Assembly: GCA_045646625.1 (NCBI GenBank)
Contig: JAZRLB010000002.1
Span: forward strand, 4,544 to 68,543
DNA from: Candidatus Enterousia sp.
Lineage (GTDB): Bacteria > Pseudomonadota > Alphaproteobacteria > Rs-D84
Direction of reading: 5' to 3'
Length of the DNA: 64,000 bases
The notes beneath the pieces are model-generated. The model was not told the DNA's origin, did not search any database, and saw only the letters and a list, made by a program, of their open reading frames with translations. A program made the position numbers and the translations under genes. Shown here piece by piece: positions 1-9,100 of the stretch; position 1 is the stretch's first letter, and every line of letters begins with the position of its first letter.

Positions 1-429
1 ACAGTCTGATACCAGTTGCATCAGGTCTTTGTCACTGGTGATGATTCGGGTTGCATTGGGGGATGTACAGTTGGTTCGTGCCAGTGTTGCGATAACATCG
101 TCCGCTTCGACGCCTGGGATACACAAAACAGGCAGGCCCATAGACATCAGTCCAGATTGAATCATTTTGCCCTGGGTGATAAGGTCGGCGGGCGTTTCAC
201 TTCGATTCATTTTGTATTGGGGATAGATGTCCTGGCGAAAGGTGATGCGTGATGCGTCAAACACGCATACAAAGGCGTCGTCTGGTTTGGCGGCGGCCAA
301 TATCGGCAGAATCATATTGAAAAATCCATATACTGCACCGGTTGGGGTGCCATCGGAACGTGTCAGGCGACTGTGTACGCCATAATAGGCACGAAATAAT
401 AATGAATTCCCGTCAATCAGTGTCAGCAT
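1..429 (-). CDS. polA: DNA polymerase I, N-terminal 5'-3' exonuclease domain (gene start only; continues beyond window start)
   Basis: My own minus-strand translation from the ATG at 429 reads MLTLIDGNSLLFRAYYGVHSRLTRSDGTPTGAVYGFFNMIL...VFDASRITFRQDIYPQYKMNRSETPADL...GVEADDVIATLA...ITSDKDLMQLVSD. These are classic Pol I/FEN 5'-nuclease motifs. The ORF is missing from the track because it is open at the window edge. Confidence 0.85.
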   Translation of the reverse strand, partial: MLTLIDGNSLLFRAYYGVHSRLTRSDGTPTGAVYGFFNMILPILAAAKPDDAFVCVFDASRITFRQDIYPQYKMNRSETPADLITQGKMIQSGLMSMGLPVLCIPGVEADDVIATLARTNCTSPNATRIITSDKDLMQLVSDC

Positions 430-453
430 ATGAATTTTCCTGTTCTTTGATTA

Positions 454-993
454 TTAGAATACATAGCGTAATTTTGCGCGACCTTCGTATTGCAGCAGGT
501 CAACGTCTGTCATAAGGTCGGGGGCGGCCATAACACGCCCTTCAACGTCGATGTCGAATGGTATAACCGGCAAGTCCAGGGTTATGCCCAGCATGGCCTG
601 ACAGGTCATAGTTTCATCTATGTTTGTCTTGGGGCCGTTTTGGGGTTCGTATGTGCTGTCAATCGCATAGCCAATGCCGCCACCAATATAAGGTTTTATA
701 ATTGGGGTTGGGATGTTTAGGTATAGGTTGACAAAGCCTGTGTCCATCTTGATGGCGTCTGTGTCCAGATAGTTGTATTCCAGTTCAATGCGAAGTAATG
801 GGAATTTCATACCTAAAACTGCACCGTATGACTGTGATGATTTTGAAATGTCGCCAGATTCTTTGTACAGTGTGTGGCCGCCATTACCGTATGTGCCGCC
901 CATATAGATATCAAACAGCATATTTGCGTTTGCAGCCCCCGCTGATAACATAATGGTGGTGGCGGTTAAAACTGTAAATGATTTTAGGTTCAT
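454..993 (-). CDS. Small outer-membrane beta-barrel protein (OmpA-like/OMP_b-brl type)
   Basis: Signal peptide MNLKSFTVLTATTIMLSAGAANA. The sequence has an alternating aromatic/hydrophobic strand pattern and ends in the C-terminal OMP signature ...AKLRYVF. Confidence 0.7.
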   Translation of the reverse strand: MNLKSFTVLTATTIMLSAGAANANMLFDIYMGGTYGNGGHTLYKESGDISKSSQSYGAVLGMKFPLLRIELEYNYLDTDAIKMDTGFVNLYLNIPTPIIKPYIGGGIGYAIDSTYEPQNGPKTNIDETMTCQAMLGITLDLPVIPFDIDVEGRVMAAPDLMTDVDLLQYEGRAKLRYVF

Positions 994-1039
994 ATTTTCT
1001 CCTTTGTGTGGTACTATAGTAAAAAAAAGAGTGGTGAAT

Positions 1040-1561
1040 ATGCAAGAAAATAAACCTTTTTTAATTGTTGGGTTGGGTAATCCAGGGGCGCAATATTCAA
1101 ATACACGTCATAATGTTGGTTTTATGGCGGTGGATGCGTTGGCGGGACCGGATGCGTCGTGGCACAAAGAAAAAGATGCGCTGACCGCGCGTGTGGAAAT
1201 GGATGGACGGCGCGTGATTTTGGTAAAGCCGCAAACTTTTATGAATAACAGTGGTGTGGCGGTTCAGGCGTTAATGACGTTTTATAAGATACCATTGGAA
1301 AATCTGATTGTAATCCACGATGATATGGATATTACGGTTGGGGATTGCTGCGAAAAAATTGGTGGTGGCAGTGCCGGCCATAATGGTATTCGATCAATTG
1401 ATGCGCACGTTGGGCGTGAATATAGACGTATCCGTATTGGAATTGGACACCCGCGTGATTTTGATTTGCCAATGGATCCAGCAGATTGGGTTTTGGGAAA
1501 ATTTGGTCCGCAACAGTTAACGTTGATTCAGGAAACAATAGAAAAAATTAAATTGTGGTAA
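1040..1561 (+). CDS. pth: Peptidyl-tRNA hydrolase
   Basis: MQENKPFLIVGLGNPGAQYSNTRHNVGFMAVDALA...HDDMD...GHNGIRSI. The start was moved to the internal ATG at 1040, after the stop of the divergent gene, rather than the track start at 953. Confidence 0.95.
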   Translation: MQENKPFLIVGLGNPGAQYSNTRHNVGFMAVDALAGPDASWHKEKDALTARVEMDGRRVILVKPQTFMNNSGVAVQALMTFYKIPLENLIVIHDDMDITVGDCCEKIGGGSAGHNGIRSIDAHVGREYRRIRIGIGHPRDFDLPMDPADWVLGKFGPQQLTLIQETIEKIKLW

Positions 1562-1565
1562 ATAA

Positions 1566-1592
1566 AAAATCCCCAATTCTGGGGATTTTTTA
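1566..1592. terminator. Bidirectional rho-independent terminator between pth and the convergent Cys-rich gene
   Basis: aaaaatcccca-attc-tggggatttttt: a GC stem flanked by A-run and T-run. Confidence 0.6.
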
Positions 1593-2657
1593 TTGTGTTT
1601 TTCCCTTATAAAAGAATTTGGAATCATTGCCGGGCAGGGTGATGCAGTTGTTCTCTGTATCGCAGATTTTGGTTTTGCCGGCGGTCATATGGCAATTGAT
1701 GTTTGATGCGGCGGTTGTCGTCGATGTGGTTGACCCCGCGGGGCATTTTTGTCGGTCTGTATCGTCGGCGACGGAATAATAGCCATTGCCGACCTCAGAA
1801 CAATCGTCTTTTTTGTCTGGGGATGCCCAATGACCGGCAATGCACTTGGAAATTGTGCTTTCGCAATTAATCCATTGGTTGGATGTGGCGCTGTGCGAAC
1901 AGGTGGTCTGAAGCACTCCGAGATCGGTTTCCTTTTCGGTGGTGCAGGTGCATTTGCGTAAATCGTATGTATCTCCGTTCCAAGTGGCATTGCCCGAGAT
2001 TGTGCCGCCACAGCTGTTTATTAATTCGGCACAAGATTTTGTGTCGCTGGTACATTTGCCCAACGTAATCTCTTGATCATCTGGTGGTATGCATTGTGGG
2101 GCACTGGTATCCGGTTCAAAATGATAGTTTGGCATGCAGCTTGTTTTGTTTGTGCAATAGGTTATGTTGGCGGCTTGAGTTCTTATTTGTATGCCGTCTG
2201 AAAGGCCATTGGTGCAAGAGGCGGTAATTTCCCATCGGGGAAGGCACTCTGTCCCAGAAGAATTTAGATAATATGATGAACAGGGATTGTTGTCATTTTC
2301 GACGCAGGAAATTTTGTATGCACATTCATTTGGGTAATATTCATTTGGGCTTGCTGGGGTTTTGATTGTTCCGTCTTGTTCGGTTCGTGTACAATATTTA
2401 TAGCATTGCCCCATTTTTGTCGCGCCGACGCCATTGGTTTTTTGGGTGTAGTCATATCCGTTGGGGCATTCGTCGCAAAGATCGCTGTTTTGACCTTTGT
2501 AATAGCCGTTTTGGCATGGGGTGCAGGTGTTGTCAATAAATTCGCAGCCGGCAAGCGCATTGCATGATGTTTGGTTTGTGGCGTCAGCGCAGCCCGCACC
2601 AAAGGCGACGGGTGTGTTAAATATTAAAATTAAAAGTGCCAGATATAATATTCTCAT
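1590..2657 (-). CDS. Secreted cysteine-rich repeat protein (GCC2/GCC3- or VSP-like CxxC...CPxGY modules)
   Basis: The start was set at MRILYLALLILIFNTPVAFGAG, a signal peptide. Repeats include CTPCQNGYYKGQNSDLCDECPNGYDYTQKTNGVGATKMGQC and CPAGSTTSTTTAASNINC. The protein carries roughly 40 or more Cys residues. Confidence 0.7.
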   Translation of the reverse strand: MRILYLALLILIFNTPVAFGAGCADATNQTSCNALAGCEFIDNTCTPCQNGYYKGQNSDLCDECPNGYDYTQKTNGVGATKMGQCYKYCTRTEQDGTIKTPASPNEYYPNECAYKISCVENDNNPCSSYYLNSSGTECLPRWEITASCTNGLSDGIQIRTQAANITYCTNKTSCMPNYHFEPDTSAPQCIPPDDQEITLGKCTSDTKSCAELINSCGGTISGNATWNGDTYDLRKCTCTTEKETDLGVLQTTCSHSATSNQWINCESTISKCIAGHWASPDKKDDCSEVGNGYYSVADDTDRQKCPAGSTTSTTTAASNINCHMTAGKTKICDTENNCITLPGNDSKFFYKGKTQ

Positions 2658-2712
2658 CCTTGTGGGATATGCTAGAAAATTATGTGAGTTATGGCAACTG
2701 AAAAATGGTGTT

Positions 2713-5595
2713 TTATGTGTCTTGTCCGCAAACATCTTCATAGCTTATTAACCAGTTTGTTGGGTTTTGTTCGCAGACGTCCGTTTTGTCGTCACACGTT
2801 GTCCACTGTTGTCTGATTGTATCATAGTAACAGGTGATTTTGTCCTGGGTTTTATAATATGACCAAACGGCACCAGATGGTGATGTATAGTGATTGGCGT
2901 CGTCAATTTGTATTAATGTGCCCTTGCACGTTACAGTTTGGCCATTTGGATAGTCTTCAGTTGTATTTGTTCCATTCGTCCAATCAATTGTGCCATTGCA
3001 ATATATTTGACCATTGCCATAATTGACAACAAGGGATAAGTTAGTTTTTGTGCATAATTTGTTTTCTGGCTTTGTTCCGAAATAGGTCTCAAGTGTGACA
3101 GTTGTGTCGTTGCCCAGACAGCATTTTCCGTTTTCCAGAATTTTCCCATCTGTACAACAATTCGTAAGTTGGCTAGTTTCGTTATCTGTTATTGATATTT
3201 TATCTCCTGTGCAGAATTCGCCCGTGCTGTCGAAATGGCTGGCGGGAAGGCATTTGCCGTTATTTTCGATAAAGTTGGGTGGGCAGCTGGTGTCACGACA
3301 GCTGTCAGGGGTATTTGCAGTGCCCGTGTTTTTAGCAAACCAAGATAACAGGGTGTCAATCGGGTTACCATTGTTGTCCCCGGTTCTGATTTTGTTGTGA
3401 TATTCTTTCTCAGTGTTTGATACGGCCAATGTTGTTTTTGATGGTGCCTCGCAATTGCCCCAGATGCGTTCCGCCAGACGACATGTATAACACGTGTCGG
3501 GAACGGGGAATTGTTCGGTCGCGTTTGCGCATTCCTCGGTGCAAATGTCGTGAACGCACACCGTTCCATCGCTGGTGATGCAGTCGGTTGTGTTTGAGTC
3601 TGTTGTGCCGCTTATTATATAGTCGCTGGTGTCAATCGAGTACAGTTCTTGATAAAAACTGTTGAAATTGTCCAAAGGATGTAATTTCTGAATCTGAGTC
3701 AGGGAATCTGTGCCGGCGCTGGCGACGCAAGCGACAACTTCGTCCCAGCAGGCGGTGCGGTTTATAATAGATTTGCGGTTGATTGATGTATCAATGTTTT
3801 CGCACAGACCAAAATTGCCGGATACAGATGTGCAGGCCTGGATGATGCAAGCGCGTCCAACCTCGCGACAGGTTTGCAGAATGGTTTCGTATGTTTTGTC
3901 GGTGGCGATTTCTGTTATGCCGGTTTGCCAATCTGATGCACCGCCAGTTGTTTGCAACAATGCACTGCATGCGTTTTGGACGTCAGAACACATTGCGTTA
4001 ACGGTTTTGTCCGCCGCAACACCAAATATAGACAGGGCACGGGCGTCAAATTCAGAAATCGAATCATAGGCGTCATCCATACACTGGGTCGTCAGGGTGG
4101 TACAGGACTGGCGTACTTCTTCCAGTTTTGATTCCTGGGCCAATTTGATTTGCGCAAGGGCGTCTTCGATAAATTCGTCCCAGACATAGTCTGATATGTC
4201 CTGGCACTGTTCCATTGCAGGTTCCAAGAATTTCTTTTTAGAATTTAAAAAGGTGATAAAACGTTCGTTGCCAGGCGCCGTTCGCCATGTTTGGTTTGCG
4301 TCTGGGCGGGTTATTAATGATGATAAATTCGCCAGGTCCGTGGTTAAGAATGCCGTGCCCGTTGTTGGATCAATATAGCGGCCCGTCGTATCCAGGCATT
4401 TGCCCATCGCATCACCGCATACGGCCGAATCGGTTAACATATCCAGCATTTTGCGACGACAGGTTAAAATATCATCTGAGTTACGCTTTTGATGAATGTC
4501 AAGACGTGACATGTCAAGCAAGGCACCCGATTCGAAGACGTGTTCGCGGGCCTGGTCAATCTGGGTTTGGTATGACTTTTTTACGGTGTTGCAATCGGTT
4601 TCAATTGCCATTTGATAGCCACTTTCTGCGATTTCCAGGTCGGTGGGGGAACATACCTCGGCCGCCATTTCGCGACATACAGGCAGTGCGGCAGAATATA
4701 ATGCGGTGCCGGATTTTGTGGTCGTTGATGCGCCCGCCATCGAATCGATTGTATCAAATGCAGCGTCCGTATTCAGTGACAGGGATATCGCGTTCAGGCT
4801 TTGGTTAAAATTGCTGTCGTCAAAGCTGGTGTTTAGTTTTTTTGCAATTTCGTCCAGCATCTTCTTGGATTGGGATTTATCTTGTTCTGAAAATGCAAGT
4901 TCGCCTTCGGTCGCTTGGTACAAGGCGGCCGCATCTTCTTTTTCCATATTGACTGTCAACAGGCGTTGACTGAAATCCATTAGCCTTTCTTCGACGTTGG
5001 TCAGGTTTTTCTTGGTGCTATTAAATTCGTTTATGCGTGATGAACAGGCACAGCGCTTAAGCTGGTTGTCCTTGTTGGCACAAAATTCGTCCATGCAGTC
5101 GTAAAATACCGTACGGCATTTGGAAAAGTCGCGGCTTAGAATATCAGAATTTGTCGCACTGCGTGCGGGTGTTGTGCCAGAACGTGCAGCGGTTGTAGTG
5201 CGGGCGTCCTTGTGTGGGGTTCTGGTCGTGGTGCGCGTTTGTTGCTGGGGCGCGCGCTGGGCAACGGTGGTTGCGCGTGGCAGGGGGGGCGTGGCGCTGC
5301 GTGTGGATATGTTTCTGTTCGCGTTTGTTGTGCTGCGGGCAGATACAACATCGCCGCGTGTGCGGGTTGTAGACTGTGAACGGTCGACCGTTTCGATGCG
5401 TTCAGTTGTTGTGCCACGTGAAATTGTGTTCTTTTTCTGGGAAATGGATGCAGCCTTGGTGCGTGATTGGTTGGTGTTATTTTGGATGGTGGGGCGTCGT
5501 GTGGCTGCGCGGGAAACGTCCGGTGCGTCATCGGCCGCCGCCTGGAAAGCAAGCGGTGCAAGCAATACAGCCAAAAGCAGTTTTATTCCCTTCAT
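2713..5595 (-). CDS. Large secreted cysteine-rich protein, uncharacterised paralog family, copy 1 (960 aa)
   Basis: Signal peptide MKGIKLLLAVLLAPLAFQAAA, then an Arg/Thr/Ser-rich low-complexity region. The conserved core starts at CRTVFYDCMDEFCANKDNQLKRCACS. It aligns by eye over hundreds of residues with 25702..28191. The C-terminal tail of about 330 aa is Cys-rich. Confidence 0.75.
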   Translation of the reverse strand: MKGIKLLLAVLLAPLAFQAAADDAPDVSRAATRRPTIQNNTNQSRTKAASISQKKNTISRGTTTERIETVDRSQSTTRTRGDVVSARSTTNANRNISTRSATPPLPRATTVAQRAPQQQTRTTTRTPHKDARTTTAARSGTTPARSATNSDILSRDFSKCRTVFYDCMDEFCANKDNQLKRCACSSRINEFNSTKKNLTNVEERLMDFSQRLLTVNMEKEDAAALYQATEGELAFSEQDKSQSKKMLDEIAKKLNTSFDDSNFNQSLNAISLSLNTDAAFDTIDSMAGASTTTKSGTALYSAALPVCREMAAEVCSPTDLEIAESGYQMAIETDCNTVKKSYQTQIDQAREHVFESGALLDMSRLDIHQKRNSDDILTCRRKMLDMLTDSAVCGDAMGKCLDTTGRYIDPTTGTAFLTTDLANLSSLITRPDANQTWRTAPGNERFITFLNSKKKFLEPAMEQCQDISDYVWDEFIEDALAQIKLAQESKLEEVRQSCTTLTTQCMDDAYDSISEFDARALSIFGVAADKTVNAMCSDVQNACSALLQTTGGASDWQTGITEIATDKTYETILQTCREVGRACIIQACTSVSGNFGLCENIDTSINRKSIINRTACWDEVVACVASAGTDSLTQIQKLHPLDNFNSFYQELYSIDTSDYIISGTTDSNTTDCITSDGTVCVHDICTEECANATEQFPVPDTCYTCRLAERIWGNCEAPSKTTLAVSNTEKEYHNKIRTGDNNGNPIDTLLSWFAKNTGTANTPDSCRDTSCPPNFIENNGKCLPASHFDSTGEFCTGDKISITDNETSQLTNCCTDGKILENGKCCLGNDTTVTLETYFGTKPENKLCTKTNLSLVVNYGNGQIYCNGTIDWTNGTNTTEDYPNGQTVTCKGTLIQIDDANHYTSPSGAVWSYYKTQDKITCYYDTIRQQWTTCDDKTDVCEQNPTNWLISYEDVCGQDT

Positions 5596-5666
5596 TCTTA
5601 TACGCGAATGTTAGCAAATTTATGAAAAGTCGGGCAAGCAGAAAATATTTGTTTGTTGTGTAATTT

Positions 5667-5751
5667 TGGTGCGACCAGGGGGAATCGAACCCCCAAGGGT
5701 TGCCCCACAGCATCCTTAGTGCTGCGCGTATACCAGTTCCGCCATGGTCGC
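5667..5751 (-). tRNA. tRNA-Leu, anticodon AAG (type II, long variable arm)
   Basis: GCGACCATGGCGGAACTGGTATACGCG-CAGCA-CTAAGGA-TGCTG-...GGGGGTTCGATTCCCCC-TGGTCGC-ACCA. It aligns position-for-position with the tRNA-Leu(CAG) at 25480..25566. The anticodon loop is C-U-A-A-G-G-A. Confidence 0.8.
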
Positions 5752-5858
5752 ATAGAAGAAAAATTTTAGCGCGATGATATTTTTACAATATCAGATTTGT
5801 TTTTCAACCTTTTTTATGATATAATGTTTTTTAGTTAAAGATACTAGGGAAGGGCACT

Positions 5859-7493
5859 ATGAAATTTTTTCCATCTTTTTTATTTAATTGTTCGGCAATT
5901 TTATTGATCTCGGCGGCTGCAAATGCGGCGGGTACTTATTATACAGGGAATTATCAGTCCCCGCAAACCAGATATTCTCAGCAGTCTTATGCTCAACGGT
6001 CGCGCACAACAAATTATTCAAACCAGGGTGTGTCAGCGTACAGCCGTAATCAATACGCGAATGCAGGCTATACAAGTGGGCGACAAAATCAGCGCTCCGT
6101 GGCGCAGCAGAATCCGCAGGCGCAACAGGGGCGTGCGGCAACACAGACTGGTGCGCGTGGATTCAGTTTGGATGCGGGGCTGTCAAAGCAGGTGGCAATG
6201 TGGGAATTTGAAATGAATTCTGCTGGGTCTAAGTTGCACTATGATAATATTGATTGGTTGGTGTTCGATGCGTCTGGAAAATATGTTTTTGATATGGGAA
6301 ATACGCCTGTGCAGATTTCGGCCGGGGTGCAGTATGGTATGCAGACGGGTGAATCCAGTATGATTGATGATGATATTAGTCACGGTGGTTATACGTATGG
6401 CTGGTACGAGTGGTTGGATGCGGCGGGCAACCCGGTTTTTGGTGAAAAAATTGGGCACGCTTTGTCGGCGGGAACCAGCAAAGATGGCAGTATGTTCGGC
6501 TTTAATGCGGGGATTGGGTTGACTGATTTCTTTCGCTGGGGAAATTTGAAGATTACGCCGTCTGTGGGGTGGCGCTATTTGAAGTACGAATTGAAAACTT
6601 CGGATAACAAGGGTGTTATTATCGTTAATTCAGATTTTGATGCGTCGTGTGTGACATTGGGGGATGGGTCCAGTCAGTGTTGGCCATTGATTGCGGTGTT
6701 TGAAGGTATGGATAACTATGCGACTCCGGACTATCCAGGTTATACATATTTCGATGCAGAAGGTAATCCGTTAACCGATACAAATGGCGATGGGTATTTG
6801 GATGGTGATGCGTATTATGCGGCTGTGCAGATGCCATCTGGGTATAATTATATAGAAGCAGAGGGTTCATTTTATTTTGAACAGCCAGATGTCAGCCATT
6901 CGTACGAGGTAGAATGGTCTGGGCCTTATGTAGGCTTGGATATGCAATATGATATTAATCAGAATAATGTTGTGACGGCGAATTTAGAGTTGGGGTTGCC
7001 GTCCTATACTGCGACGGGTGACCAGCCATATCGTATTGATTGGCAACATCCGAAGTCTGTTCAGGACAAAGGTGGAATTGGTTCGGGATTGCATTTTGGT
7101 GCGGGTGCAAATTGGCGTACAATGCTGACAGACAAGGTTGCGTTATCGGTTGGGGTGACATATGATTATTATTCTGTGTCCGACGCAGATGCGACAACAT
7201 ATTTGAATCCAGAATATTGGGGCCCGCAATATTCTGTCGCGCTGGAACAGTGGAAATATGTTCTGAATCAAAGTTTTGGATATAATTTTTCAGATGCGCA
7301 GATTGCTTCTTATATGTTGAATGGTATAGGTAAGGCAGATGGCCTCAAAGATGCGGCGGGTAATGTAATTGAGATTGCGCCAGAATATGTGGCGGTCGTG
7401 CGTGCAAATAACTGGGAGGACAAGGCAGACAGCGAAATCGAATCTTTCTATAAATCGTTAGGAATTCGCGTTGGGATAAATGCAAGGTTTTGA
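5859..7493 (+). CDS. Outer-membrane beta-barrel protein with N-terminal Gln/Asn/Arg-rich low-complexity region
   Basis: Signal peptide ...LLISAAANAAG, then a Q/N/S/Y/R-rich stretch. The rest is a long strand-pattern region ending ...LGIRVGINARF with a C-terminal Phe. Confidence 0.65.
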   Translation: MKFFPSFLFNCSAILLISAAANAAGTYYTGNYQSPQTRYSQQSYAQRSRTTNYSNQGVSAYSRNQYANAGYTSGRQNQRSVAQQNPQAQQGRAATQTGARGFSLDAGLSKQVAMWEFEMNSAGSKLHYDNIDWLVFDASGKYVFDMGNTPVQISAGVQYGMQTGESSMIDDDISHGGYTYGWYEWLDAAGNPVFGEKIGHALSAGTSKDGSMFGFNAGIGLTDFFRWGNLKITPSVGWRYLKYELKTSDNKGVIIVNSDFDASCVTLGDGSSQCWPLIAVFEGMDNYATPDYPGYTYFDAEGNPLTDTNGDGYLDGDAYYAAVQMPSGYNYIEAEGSFYFEQPDVSHSYEVEWSGPYVGLDMQYDINQNNVVTANLELGLPSYTATGDQPYRIDWQHPKSVQDKGGIGSGLHFGAGANWRTMLTDKVALSVGVTYDYYSVSDADATTYLNPEYWGPQYSVALEQWKYVLNQSFGYNFSDAQIASYMLNGIGKADGLKDAAGNVIEIAPEYVAVVRANNWEDKADSEIESFYKSLGIRVGINARF

Positions 7494-7497
7494 TTGA

Positions 7498-8112
7498 ATG
7501 TTAAAAATACGCCTGATTTTGTTCTGTTTGGTTTGTTGTATGACGATTTCGTCTGGGGGGGCAGTAGATCTGCGTGGTATGGCGTCTGTGAATATCACCA
7601 GTGATACGGCCGCTAATGCAAAAAATATCGCATTTGATGAAGCGCGTCGTCAAATTGTTAGTGATGTATTGCGGCAATATGTAGATGTAAATGCGCTTAA
7701 TGAGCTGGTTCGCAAGGCTAAAAGTTCAGAATTGGCAGAATTGATAGCAACCAGCAGTATTGACGGGGAAAAAGCATCTGATACAACCTATTCGGCAAAT
7801 ATTTCAATGGAAATTGATGCAGGTGCTGCAAAGGGGTGGTTGGAAAATAATGCGGTTAATCATTGGCTGCCAGATGAATCAAAGCGTGATGTTTTTGTGG
7901 TGAATGTTTCTATGTCGAATGGTTTGTCAGATTGGGCGCAGCTGAACCAGATTGCGCGGAATGAAAAATTTGATTTGGGAACTAACTCTATGACGGGCAA
8001 TTCTGCGATTTTGGAACTGCCGGTGTCTGTGCGCGGACGTTTCACAATTGCAGTACGTGAGGCTGGATGGCGTTTTGCCAATGATGATGGTGTACTGCGT
8101 ATTTGGAAATAA
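7498..8112 (+). CDS. Secreted/periplasmic hypothetical protein
   Basis: N-terminal hydrophobic signal MLKIRLILFCLVCCMTISSGGA. It lies 4 nt after the preceding gene, so it is probably in the same operon. Confidence 0.55.
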   Translation: MLKIRLILFCLVCCMTISSGGAVDLRGMASVNITSDTAANAKNIAFDEARRQIVSDVLRQYVDVNALNELVRKAKSSELAELIATSSIDGEKASDTTYSANISMEIDAGAAKGWLENNAVNHWLPDESKRDVFVVNVSMSNGLSDWAQLNQIARNEKFDLGTNSMTGNSAILELPVSVRGRFTIAVREAGWRFANDDGVLRIWK

Positions 8113-8128
8113 AAAAGTGGGATGTATT

Positions 8129-8986
8129 ATGAAAAAGGGGTGTCTTTTTTTATTGTTTGCAGTGCTGCCAGGTTTTGCGGTGGCAGAAGAGGTTTCGGAT
8201 GCGTCTAAGTTGACTTTGGCGGTGCGTCGTATTGGGTTGGAATGGTCGAAAACGGATGTACGGCACGCGGCCGAATATCAGGATTCGCCAATTTCTGTTT
8301 TGAAGGCGGACAGTCAGACGGTTTTTAGAGGTGTTTTTGATACAGCACTGGAATACAGCAAAAATCGTTTTCTGTGGGATAATTCGTTGTTTATGGAATA
8401 TGGTGAAACAAAGTTAAAACCTTATAATGAGGGTCCGACCGTCAATCAAAATGCAGATGATATTTTATTAAGCAGTAATTTGTCATATGCGTGTTGGGAA
8501 TTTTCTGGATTTAAGTTTGGTCCAACTGTTCGTGCGGCTTATGATACGGAATTTAAGACGGTGTCAGGTACGCCCCATCAGCAGGTTGTACGTGCAAATG
8601 CGGGTATTTCGTTGTTTGATAATGCGATTGTAAAAAGTTTGTATTTAACCGGTGTGTACGAATATGACTTTACATACGCGGACAGGCGAATTTCCAAGAC
8701 GGCGGCCGAATTGGGGTGGCGTTTGGAATATCAGATGCGCGAGGGGGTAAGGCTGTCTTCTAATGGGTACTATCGTGAATATTTGGGTTATTCTGGGTAT
8801 GAAGCGATGGATTTAGAGCGTGATTTAAGTGCGGTTTTGCGCCTGGATACAAATCTGTGGGGCGATTTGACGATGGGGCCTTATGTTCAATATCGTCGTG
8901 CCCGCGCACGTGGTGCCGATGTTTATGGCAGCAATTTTATTATGGGTATATCATTTAACTATATCGCTTCGTTTGGATTGATATAG
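8129..8986 (+). CDS. Secreted hypothetical protein, probable outer-membrane beta-barrel (tentatively DUF3078-like)
   Basis: The start was set at MKKGCLFLLFAVLPGFAVAEE, a signal peptide. Aromatic-rich alternating segments run throughout. The track start at 8048 overlaps the upstream gene. Confidence 0.55.
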   Translation: MKKGCLFLLFAVLPGFAVAEEVSDASKLTLAVRRIGLEWSKTDVRHAAEYQDSPISVLKADSQTVFRGVFDTALEYSKNRFLWDNSLFMEYGETKLKPYNEGPTVNQNADDILLSSNLSYACWEFSGFKFGPTVRAAYDTEFKTVSGTPHQQVVRANAGISLFDNAIVKSLYLTGVYEYDFTYADRRISKTAAELGWRLEYQMREGVRLSSNGYYREYLGYSGYEAMDLERDLSAVLRLDTNLWGDLTMGPYVQYRRARARGADVYGSNFIMGISFNYIASFGLI

Positions 8987-9100
8987 AAAACAAGTTTCCT
9001 TTCTTGTCTTGAAGTCCCCCGTTTTGGGGATTTTTTTTGCTTTACTAAATATTTGAAAAATCGTATAATATGGAAGATTAAATAAGGAAGGATTTTGAAT

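Noticed and set aside
16-252. 78-aa plus-strand ORF at the window start
   Set aside because: It lies antisense to a reading frame with unmistakable Pol I 5'-nuclease motifs, so it is a shadow ORF.
5120-5614. 164-aa plus-strand ORF and a 141-aa minus-strand alternative-frame ORF over the start of the 960-aa gene
   Set aside because: They overlap the low-complexity Arg/Thr-rich coding region. They have no start context of their own, and their compositionally biased translations are typical of off-frame artefacts.
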